Positions 1-8,200 of a DNA stretch of 64,000 nucleotides are shown in pieces; position 1 is the first letter of the stretch, and each line of letters starts with the position of its first letter. A model generated the notes under the pieces. The model saw only the letters and a program-made list of their open reading frames with translations, did not search any database and had not been told where the DNA came from. Source of the stretch: an uncultured Bacteroidales bacterium (GTDB lineage: Bacteria > Bacteroidota > Bacteroidia > Bacteroidales > VadinHA17); assembly GCA_963823065.1 (NCBI GenBank), contig CAWGJX010000001.1:1437642-1501641 (forward strand), read 5' to 3'. Position numbers and translations under genes: made by a program.

Positions 1-2
1 CT

Positions 3-1400
3 GTTCTTAACCGTAATTCTTCAAAAATTTATATTGAAGTGGCTTACGGGCTTACCCAGGAACAAAAAGTCAGAGGTGAGTATAAAATTGGAGAAGGTAT
101 AGTCGGGGAAGTTGTCAAAACAGGTGAGCCTGTGATAATCAGGCACATATCTGATGAACCGCGTTATCTGAATAAAACACGATCAACGAGTAAACCCGAT
201 GATGAAGATTCCTTTATCTGTGTACCTATTAAGGCAAAAAACCAGATAATAGGAACTCTGAGTGTAAAGCTGAAGTATTATTCAAACCGTTCCTTTCAGA
301 ATGAGCTGCAATTCCTTACAATAATGGCATCAATGTTCGCCAGGCTGGTAAGATCGAGGCAGGATAAGATTGAGGAACTTGAAAAGCTTCATTACCGTAA
401 ACTGAGGGAACAGGGTTTATACAGCTACAATGACCGTATAACATCGCTCGTAGGAGAAACAGGAAAGATGCAGGAGGTTTATGACCTGATTTCGAAAGTT
501 GCAATGACAAATGCAACCATACTCATAAGAGGTGAAAGCGGTGTTGGTAAAGAGCTGGTTGCCAGGGCTATTCATGATCAAAGCCCCCGTAATAAACAGC
601 AAATGATTAGCATCAACTGTGCGGCTATCCCTGAGAACCTGATAGAAAGTGAACTCTTCGGATATGAGAAAGGAGCTTTTACAGGAGCTGATAAATTAAA
701 TAAAGGCCGCTTCGAACTGGCTGAGAAAAGTACAATTTTCCTTGATGAAATAGGTGATCTTCCACCAAATCTGCAAGTCAAATTATTAAGAGTTTTACAG
801 GAAAAAGAATTTCAGAGACTGGGTGGACATGAGACCATCAAGGCAGATGTCAGAATCATTACTGCCACAAACAGAGATCTTGAAGAACTAATGCTAAAGA
901 ACGAGTTCCGTGAAGATTTATACTACCGGCTGAATGTTTTTCCGGTATTCATTCCACCACTGAGGGAACGAAGGGCAGACATCCCCTTGCTTGTAAATCA
1001 TTTTATCGAAAAGTATAACAACATTCATGGCCTGGAAATAAAGCGGATAAGCTCAACTGCTATTGACCTGCTTATGACTTATCACTGGCCGGGAAATATT
1101 AGGGAACTTGAGAATTGCATTGAACGGGCTGCTATTCTCAGCACCGATAAGGTCATAAGGTCGCACAACCTGCCTCCTACACTTCAGAGTGCCGCTTCAA
1201 CACATTCCCGTGTTGACGGAAGCCTCGAAGCAATTCTCGAAAATGTGGAAAAACAAATGCTTATTGATGCACTTAACATGTCTAAAGGTAATATCTCAAA
1301 AGCAGCTGACCAGTTAAAACTCACTGAGCGGATGATGGGCCTGAGAATAAAAAAATATGAGATAGATCCTGCAATATTCAAGAAGTTCAAAAGAACTTAA
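3..1400 (+). CDS. sigma-54-dependent transcriptional activator with GAF, AAA+ and Fis-type HTH domains (NifA/NtrC-like); 5' end cut by the window edge
   Basis: The reading frame is open from base 3, with no stop upstream of the GTG at 39. It has a GAF-like N-terminus (GEGIVGEVVKTGEPVII), Walker A GESGVGKE, the sigma-54 contact motif GAFTGA (EKGAFTGADK), Walker B FLDEIGD and a C-terminal HTH (NISKAADQLKLTERMMGLRIKKY). Confidence 0.9.
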   Translation, partial: VLNRNSSKIYIEVAYGLTQEQKVRGEYKIGEGIVGEVVKTGEPVIIRHISDEPRYLNKTRSTSKPDDEDSFICVPIKAKNQIIGTLSVKLKYYSNRSFQNELQFLTIMASMFARLVRSRQDKIEELEKLHYRKLREQGLYSYNDRITSLVGETGKMQEVYDLISKVAMTNATILIRGESGVGKELVARAIHDQSPRNKQQMISINCAAIPENLIESELFGYEKGAFTGADKLNKGRFELAEKSTIFLDEIGDLPPNLQVKLLRVLQEKEFQRLGGHETIKADVRIITATNRDLEELMLKNEFREDLYYRLNVFPVFIPPLRERRADIPLLVNHFIEKYNNIHGLEIKRISSTAIDLLMTYHWPGNIRELENCIERAAILSTDKVIRSHNLPPTLQSAASTHSRVDGSLEAILENVEKQMLIDALNMSKGNISKAADQLKLTERMMGLRIKKYEIDPAIFKKFKRT

Positions 1401-1460
1401 GATTCTTATCCGAACCTTATAAATCAGTTTCTTCAGGGCAATCACTCTTTGTTTAAGATA

Positions 1461-1487
1461 AATCCTACAATTATGTAGGATTTTTTA
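1461..1487 (+). terminator. Rho-independent terminator after the sigma-54 activator gene
   Basis: Perfect 9-bp stem AATCCTACA / TGTAGGATT with loop ATTA, followed by a T-run. Confidence 0.6.
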
Positions 1488-1621
1488 TTGATTCTTACGT
1501 GAATGTAGTCTTTTCCTGATCTGATATAAAACCGTAATTTATTTTTAACTTATTCATAGGCACTGTAAATCAATACTATACACGGCTATGTTTTCTATTG
1601 TTTAATTATCAGTTTGAATTA

Positions 1622-1637
1622 TGGCACACTATTGGCC
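1622..1637 (+). promoter_or_regulatory. Candidate sigma-54 (-24/-12) promoter for glnK-amt
   Basis: The sequence TGGCACactatTGGCc places GG and GC exactly as in the consensus TGGCAC-N5-TTGC. It lies about 85 nt upstream of the glnK ATG and just downstream of a sigma-54 activator gene. Confidence 0.6.
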
Positions 1638-1723
1638 TTATAGTATGACTGATATAAAATAGTACAACTATGTATTTTTTCTAATTATTAGGTGATGTAA
1701 TCAATAACTAACAATCAGAATGT

Positions 1724-2095
1724 ATGAAAAAAATTGAAGCAATTATCAGGACCTCTAAATTTGAAACTGTCAAGGCTCAGCTAAAAGAAATTGGCATTGA
1801 CTTCTTTTCCTACTGGGACGCATCGGGGGTAGGAAATGAGCATATGCGCGGACATCATAGTTACAGGGGAACAGTTTATGACACACAATACATCCCCAGG
1901 ATCTTTATCACTCTTGTGCTACGCGACATTAACGTTCAGAAAACAATTGAATGCATTGAGAAAGCAGCCTATACCGGTGAGATCGGAGACGGAATGATCT
2001 TCAGCTACGATATTGAAGAATCGGTCAGAATCAGTAATGGTGCCAGGGGAGAAGCCTCAACAGCCGGCCCTGGTGATGAGAAATTAACTAAATAA
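1724..2095 (+). CDS. glnK: P-II nitrogen regulatory protein (GlnK/GlnB family)
   Basis: The 123-aa product has the P-II start MKKIEAIIR, a T-loop-like segment SYRGTVY and GDGMIF (compare GDGKIF). It sits immediately upstream of amt. Confidence 0.85.
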   Translation: MKKIEAIIRTSKFETVKAQLKEIGIDFFSYWDASGVGNEHMRGHHSYRGTVYDTQYIPRIFITLVLRDINVQKTIECIEKAAYTGEIGDGMIFSYDIEESVRISNGARGEASTAGPGDEKLTK

Positions 2096-2117
2096 TAATT
2101 ATTTAAAACTTATAAAG

Positions 2118-3668
2118 ATGACTAAAAAACTTATTCTGTTCGTTGCTGCGTTAATCATGACCATAGGATCTGTATGTTATGCAGACGGAACACGCAAACC
2201 TGACCCCAGTGGTGTCCGTACCGGAAATGTATCGGATATTTCTGCGGCTAAGCCCGGTGAACCGGTAATAGCCGAGATATCTGATACTGTCGGCCACAAC
2301 AAAGTAGCAATCAATATGATGTGGGTATTGGTAACCGGATTTCTTGTAATGTTTATGCAGGCAGGATTTGCCATGGTTGAAACAGGTCTTACACGTGCCA
2401 AAAATGTTGCTCATACTATTTCAATGAACTTTCTTATTTACCCGCTCGGGATGCTGGGATTTTACATGACCGGCTTTGCATTGATGTTTGGGGGAGTAGG
2501 AGCTCTCGGTACGCTTGGTGGTTTTGACGGACTTAACAGTGAATTCAGCATCAGTCTGGCCGGCCATTCTTTTGGACTGTTCGGGATGAAAGGTTTTTTT
2601 CTGAACTTCAGTGTTTACGACGTTGGTGTTCTCGCAATGTTCCTTTTCCAAATGGTATTCATGGATACAACTGCAACGATCCCTACAGGTTCAATGGCTG
2701 AAAGATGGAAATTCTCCTCATTCTTTATATATGGGATATTTGTAGGTACAATTATATATCCTATTTTTGGAAACTGGGTATGGGGCGGTGGATGGCTGGC
2801 AAGCCTTGGAAAAGAGTTTGGATTAGGTCATGGGCATGTTGACTTTGCAGGTTCCTCGGTCGTTCATATGACAGGTGGAGTATTAGCTTTTGTTGGAGCC
2901 GCAATCTTAGGACCCAGAATTGGAAAATATAACAAAGACGGATCGGCGAATGCAATTCCCGGGCACAATATTCCGATGGCTGTGATAGGAACTTTCATCC
3001 TCGCATTTGGATGGTTCGGTTTTAACCCCGGTTCCACACTTGCAGGCGGCGATCTTAGGATATCAGTAGTTGCAGTAAATACCATGATTGCTTCCGGAAC
3101 GGGTGCCATGGCTTCTGTGCTCTGGATGTGGCTTTATAAAACGAAAAAACCTGACCCGACCATGATGCTTAATGGCATGCTTGCAGGACTTGTAGCAATC
3201 ACAGCCTCTTGTGCATTTGTGAGTGTGGGAGGTGCTGCGATTATCGGACTGATATCCGGTGTACTGGTTGTTGAAGCAGCTATTTTCATTGATAAAAAGC
3301 TTCGGATTGACGATCCTGTTGGTGCAATTGCCGTTCATGGTGTGAATGGCGCATGGGGATGTCTCGCTTTGGGTCTGTTTGCTGATGGCACCTATGGTGA
3401 AGGATGGAATGGTGTTGCCGGAACAGTTAAGGGCCTGTTTTATGGAGGCGGATTCAGCCAGGAATTAGCTCAGATGATTGGTGTGACGACAAATATTGTT
3501 TATGTGGCAGGTATTGGATGGATCATGTTTAAACTGATTGATAAGCTTGTTGGAAACCGTGTGAAACCTGAAGATGAACTCGTTGGACTTGATCTTCCTG
3601 AAATGGGAGTGGAAGGCTATTCAGGTATGAAGATGGATAAAAACTCAGAGACTCCCTTATCAAGATAA
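2118..3668 (+). CDS. amt: Ammonium transporter (Amt family)
   Basis: The 516-aa polytopic protein carries Amt signatures (FAMVETGLTRAKN, DFAGSSVVHMTGG, GWFGFNPGS, DDPVGAIAVHGVNGAWG). Confidence 0.95.
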   Translation: MTKKLILFVAALIMTIGSVCYADGTRKPDPSGVRTGNVSDISAAKPGEPVIAEISDTVGHNKVAINMMWVLVTGFLVMFMQAGFAMVETGLTRAKNVAHTISMNFLIYPLGMLGFYMTGFALMFGGVGALGTLGGFDGLNSEFSISLAGHSFGLFGMKGFFLNFSVYDVGVLAMFLFQMVFMDTTATIPTGSMAERWKFSSFFIYGIFVGTIIYPIFGNWVWGGGWLASLGKEFGLGHGHVDFAGSSVVHMTGGVLAFVGAAILGPRIGKYNKDGSANAIPGHNIPMAVIGTFILAFGWFGFNPGSTLAGGDLRISVVAVNTMIASGTGAMASVLWMWLYKTKKPDPTMMLNGMLAGLVAITASCAFVSVGGAAIIGLISGVLVVEAAIFIDKKLRIDDPVGAIAVHGVNGAWGCLALGLFADGTYGEGWNGVAGTVKGLFYGGGFSQELAQMIGVTTNIVYVAGIGWIMFKLIDKLVGNRVKPEDELVGLDLPEMGVEGYSGMKMDKNSETPLSR

Positions 3669-3774
3669 AGCTTGTCAGATGACTGTAAGGAGCCGGATCC
3701 CAGATTCAGGATATCCGCTCCCGACGGTCAGAGGTCATTACTTAATAAATTTTAAATTAATTAATAGGATAATC

Positions 3775-4524
3775 ATGAAAAATAAAATAATCTCACTTCT
3801 GGCAGGCTTATTAATTTTCTGTACATCAGCTTTTAGCCGGACCCCTCCAACTGCAGATTCTACAAGTGGATCGAAGGTAAATTTCAAGGTGACAACTGAC
3901 CTTGTAAGCACTTATATCTGGCGCGGTACGGTAGGAAGCTCCAATCCTAATATACAGCCGACATTTGCGATAGTTTCAGGCGGATTTGAAGCTGGGGTAT
4001 GGGGCTCAACAGATTTCAGGGGTAGCTATAAAGAACTTGATCCTTACCTGGCCTATACCATCAAAACCTTTAAAATCGGGATCACAGATTACGACTGGAT
4101 TTTCACCAACCCTTCTTATTTTGATTATAAGAACAAAACCACCGATCATATTCTCGAGGCAAACCTCTCCTTCCTTGGAACAGAGGCGATTCCATTAAGC
4201 ATTAGCGTAAACACTATGTTTTATGGTGCTGATAAAAAGTGGGATAAAAACACTGCAAGCTTCTCAACAAAGCAGAACTATTCAACTTATATTGAACTTG
4301 GATGGGCATTTAAAAGCTTCAGTGCATTGTTGGGAGTAACTCCGTCTAACGGATATTATGGAGCGGGTTATGGAAAGGTTGACGGATTTGCAGTTTGCAA
4401 TATTGGACTTTCATCGGTACGGAACATCAAAATTTCTCAGGACTTCACTTTACCGCTTAAAGGATCGATATTCGTCAATCCTCAGGCTGAAAGTATTCAT
4501 TTTGTAATAGGTATTACTTTATAA
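3775..4524 (+). CDS. Outer-membrane beta-barrel protein, TorF/Gcw_chp-like putative porin
   Basis: I placed the start at ATG 3775, which gives the signal peptide MKNKIISLLAGLLIFCTSAFS. Alternating aromatic/Gly beta-strand patterns (STYIWRGTV..., GFEAGVWGSTDF) resemble the TorF family. It is co-oriented with amt. Confidence 0.55.
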   Translation: MKNKIISLLAGLLIFCTSAFSRTPPTADSTSGSKVNFKVTTDLVSTYIWRGTVGSSNPNIQPTFAIVSGGFEAGVWGSTDFRGSYKELDPYLAYTIKTFKIGITDYDWIFTNPSYFDYKNKTTDHILEANLSFLGTEAIPLSISVNTMFYGADKKWDKNTASFSTKQNYSTYIELGWAFKSFSALLGVTPSNGYYGAGYGKVDGFAVCNIGLSSVRNIKISQDFTLPLKGSIFVNPQAESIHFVIGITL

Positions 4525-4564
4525 TTTTTTTTGCATTTTGTTAGTTAGTTATTTAGTTAAAAGG

Positions 4565-4591
4565 GCTGTCTCAGTTGAGGCAGCTTTTTTT
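4565..4591. terminator. Bidirectional hairpin terminator between convergent genes
   Basis: GCTGTCTC-agtt-GAGGCAGC (one G-U pair) is followed by T7 on the plus strand and preceded by an A-run. It lies between the stop at 4524 (+) and the stop at 4591 (-). Confidence 0.6.
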
Positions 4592-5289
4592 CATAGCTGA
4601 AAATACAAAAGATTGAATCTGACCGATTTAATTGCCAGTGCAGCTATATGACTATCAGAAACTTTTAATGCTATTGTTCTCCACTGTTTTGATTCCACCG
4701 GATGTTTGAGTAAAGTCATCTTTTCGTAACTTCCTGATGGATCAATATCAACACAGAATGATTTTAACGGGAAATAGATACCCATGCCCACAGCCTTTAC
4801 GAATGCCTCTTTCCTTGTCCATATATTTAAAAAAGCAGTTGTTTTATCCAATTTACTGTTGAAGTATTCTAACTCCTGCTCTGAAAAGTTTTCAAGACCA
4901 ATCTGCTCAAGATTGCCTGTTTCGCGTATTTTTTCAATGTCGATGCCAATGTCGTCTTTCTTACACAGACCTATTAACATTAAGTCGCCTGAAGACGACA
5001 TATTGAATTTAAGTTCTTTGAATTCCGGGATATTAATGAACGGCTTATTATAGCTATTGTATCCGAATCTTAGTTCATGTAGCTGGCAATCACAATATTT
5101 ACAAAGAATTAATCTTAACAGGTAATGCCTGAGAAGAAAATGTTCCCTGTCATTTGGAAATTTAAATTTAGCAGCCCTCTCATGTTCAATTGGTGATAAG
5201 TAATCACGAAGATCTTTTGGAAGTCCGTTCCGGCTATTCAAATTTACCTGCCAGACATGAACCTGGTAATCATCAATTACATTACGCAT
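4591..5289 (-). CDS. Sfp-type 4'-phosphopantetheinyl transferase
   Basis: The 232-aa product has the PPTase motifs GIDIEKI and WTRKEAFVKAVG. It lies 6 bp downstream of the NRPS gene on the same strand. Confidence 0.85.
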   Translation of the reverse strand: MRNVIDDYQVHVWQVNLNSRNGLPKDLRDYLSPIEHERAAKFKFPNDREHFLLRHYLLRLILCKYCDCQLHELRFGYNSYNKPFINIPEFKELKFNMSSSGDLMLIGLCKKDDIGIDIEKIRETGNLEQIGLENFSEQELEYFNSKLDKTTAFLNIWTRKEAFVKAVGMGIYFPLKSFCVDIDPSGSYEKMTLLKHPVESKQWRTIALKVSDSHIAALAIKSVRFNLLYFQL

Positions 5290-5295
5290 TAGTAT

Positions 5296-8200
5296 TTAAT
5301 TTTGAAGCTGGCACGGTGATCCCTGCCAATGTGTATTTTCAGGTAGAGATTCACCTTTCATAATCAGGGAAAGTCCGCGTAATAGAGAGTTGTCATGCAT
5401 TGTTGTGTCGTATAAAATTACAGATAATGAGCCAATAGTGCATGCTTTACCAATAACAACATCCGACATTTTCATTACCCGGTCCTCAAACAGATGCGTT
5501 TGAATTGTGCAACCAAAATTCAAAGCAGTTTCATTACCAATTTTAACTAAATCAAATTCTGTGATCTCAGTTGTTTCCATGAATACTCTTTTCCCGATCT
5601 TGCAGCCCATCATTCTGAAATAAATCGGAGCAAAAGGTGTCCCGAGAAGCATTGATTCAAAAAAGGGATAAACAAGATTTTCCGATATGGAGTTAATAAA
5701 CTCATTTCGCCATACAAATGTGCTCCAGAGTGGTTTTGCACCGGGATGGTATCTGCCAATTAAAATAGTTTTGAAAAACCAGCCAATAAAGAATGTGGAA
5801 AAGCTCAGGATAATAAGCACAAGTGGGGCTTCGTAAATGAACTTAAGGTAATTGCCTGATTTAAACAGGACATAAGCATAATTGTAAAATAATAACATTA
5901 AGACAGATGCAATCGCAAACGGCAATGATATCTTGAAAAATTCGATGATTCCTCTGATCAGATATAATGAAAATGTGGGTTTGAAAGTATATTTTTCAGG
6001 AAACTCGGGACTTTTCTGACGATTAGGCAGAAACATGGGAGGGGAGCCAAGCCATGAAGCATCTTCCATTTGTGCATCCTCAGCAAGAGATGGGATTATC
6101 GACAGGACGCCAATCAGGCAACCGCTTGCAACCTTGCTTCCTGAAGGGAGTACCGCACTGTTCCCAAGAAACGATCTTGTCCCCAGTTCTGTGGTACGAA
6201 TGATCATATAACCATTAATTACTACCGGAGGACCCACATTTACAGAATCGGACAGGAAGCTTTCATCGCCTATTTTTAGTAAATCGGTCGAGATGTAGTT
6301 AACTGTTGAAATTTCGGCACGTCTACCTATTTTCGCTCCCGTAAGTCTCAGCCATAGAGGAAGATATAATGTTGCATATAATGATTTTGTCAGCAGAAGA
6401 CTCAAGGTTATCAAAGAATCAACAAACCATTTTCGAATGTACAAAACACTGTTAAGTGGAATATCTCCGGGTTTAAGTTTCCCTATTACGATCCATTTCA
6501 AAGCTGCAGTACAAAGACAAAATGTTGCTATGTACATTGCCGATAACGGGATTATCATAAGCACCGTCAGCCATATACCCTTAAGACTATTTAAAAAATA
6601 GAGGGCCAATGAGTAAGGAATTAACAATATCCAGGGTAACAGAAGTACAAATAAGAGAGCAAATGAATGTACAATGATCAATCCGGTTTTCTTAAGAAGG
6701 CTTGTGGAATAAGGCGCCTTCTTTTTAGCTGCAACGAGCAAATCATAATCGTATTTATATAGTTTTGCAGGGGAGCCGCGCCATACCTGACCAGTTGGAA
6801 TTGTACAATTCTCAGGGATCATAGAGAGTTCAAGAAGTGCAGAATCATCTTCCATGCCGGAGTTTTGGTGAATAAGACTGCGGGCTCCAATAAAACAATT
6901 ATTGCCGACTGAAATCCTGCCAAGTTTTAACATCCCTTCTTCAACAATGTAACCCATTAAATTCGCTTCCTTGGAAACGCTGGAATTATTCCCGAGTGAC
7001 ACAAGGTCAAATACCCTTATTCTATCGGAACCTAAATAAACATTTTTACCTGTTTTCATTCCCATCAGCCTGTAGTAGATGGCTAAAAATGGAGTCCCCG
7101 AGAGCAAAACAACCGGAGTAATATCGACACATTTCTTTACCAGCCAAAACCTGAAATAATAAAATCCCCACAGTGGATATACGCCTTCTTTGAATTTTCC
7201 TATCACAAGCCATTTAAAAAGAATTGAAATCAGCAATAACAACGGATAGCTGACGAGAACGCTTTCGAGACACATCACTGCCAGACTGTTGTAGCTTAAT
7301 TCAGGAAAAAAATGCTTAATTATAAATGGTGATACGGCAAACAGGGTCGCTATACTATAGAAAAAGAATAACGATAAAACCTGTAATAACGCAACAGAAT
7401 AATATACAACAGGCTTGACCTTATTTTTTGCAATGTTCTCTTCTTCTGTAGGAACAGCATTTAGATTTGCTGCATCTATATGACCGGCTAATTCTCTTAT
7501 TGTCGGATAATCATAAATATCACGCACCGACAACATATTCATATGCAGGTCTTTTCGCAACTCAGAAATCATTTGTGATGCAAACAGGGAATGTCCTCCA
7601 AGGTCAAAGAAGTTGTCCTCTACACCAAACTGGTCAGATGAAAATAGCTTTTGCCATAAATGAAGTATTTTCAGTTCATTGGGGGAACAATCTGTAAGGT
7701 CAATTGGATGATGTCCCTCAATTAAAGATTGAGGGTCTTTTAGTTTAGTCCTGTCGACCTTTCCGCTTGGCAACGTTGGCAGATCGGTGACAACTTCAAA
7801 GATGTTTGGGATCATGAAAGGTGCTAACTTCGATTTTAACTGGCCTTTGACAGCTTTGGAATCGAAGGTTTCAAAGCTTGCTGGAATGATATAAGCGACA
7901 AGTAACTGAATCCCGTTAAAACCATTTTTTACAGTTACTGCGGCACTCTGAACTCCTTTGCAAAGCATTAGTTGTGATTCGATTTCAGTTAACTCGATCC
8001 GGAATCCCCTCAGTTTGATTTGTGAGTCAATGCGGCCCAGAAATTCAATTTCTCCTGATTCACTAAACCGGCAACGATCACCTGTCCTATATAAACGGTG
8101 CGGAAAATCAGGATTGGTTTTGAATTCAGGAATAATAAAATGTTTGTTGGTTAATTCCGGCTGATCTATGTAGCCATCAGATAGTCCAAGACCTCCGATG

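Noticed and set aside
1564-1582. TGT-N13-ACA dyad as a possible NifA-type upstream activator sequence
   Set aside because: The canonical NifA UAS is TGT-N10-ACA. This dyad has the wrong spacing and lies only about 40 nt from the -24 element, so I do not call it.
3679-3774. Upstream extensions of ORFs from alternative or early starts (3679, 9546, 21533, 36498, 41774, 46293, 50392, 53827, 58656, 45944)
   Set aside because: In each case an internal ATG gives a proper signal peptide or the conserved family N-terminus. Several of the extensions also begin with TTG or GTG inside intergenic repeats or promoter boxes.
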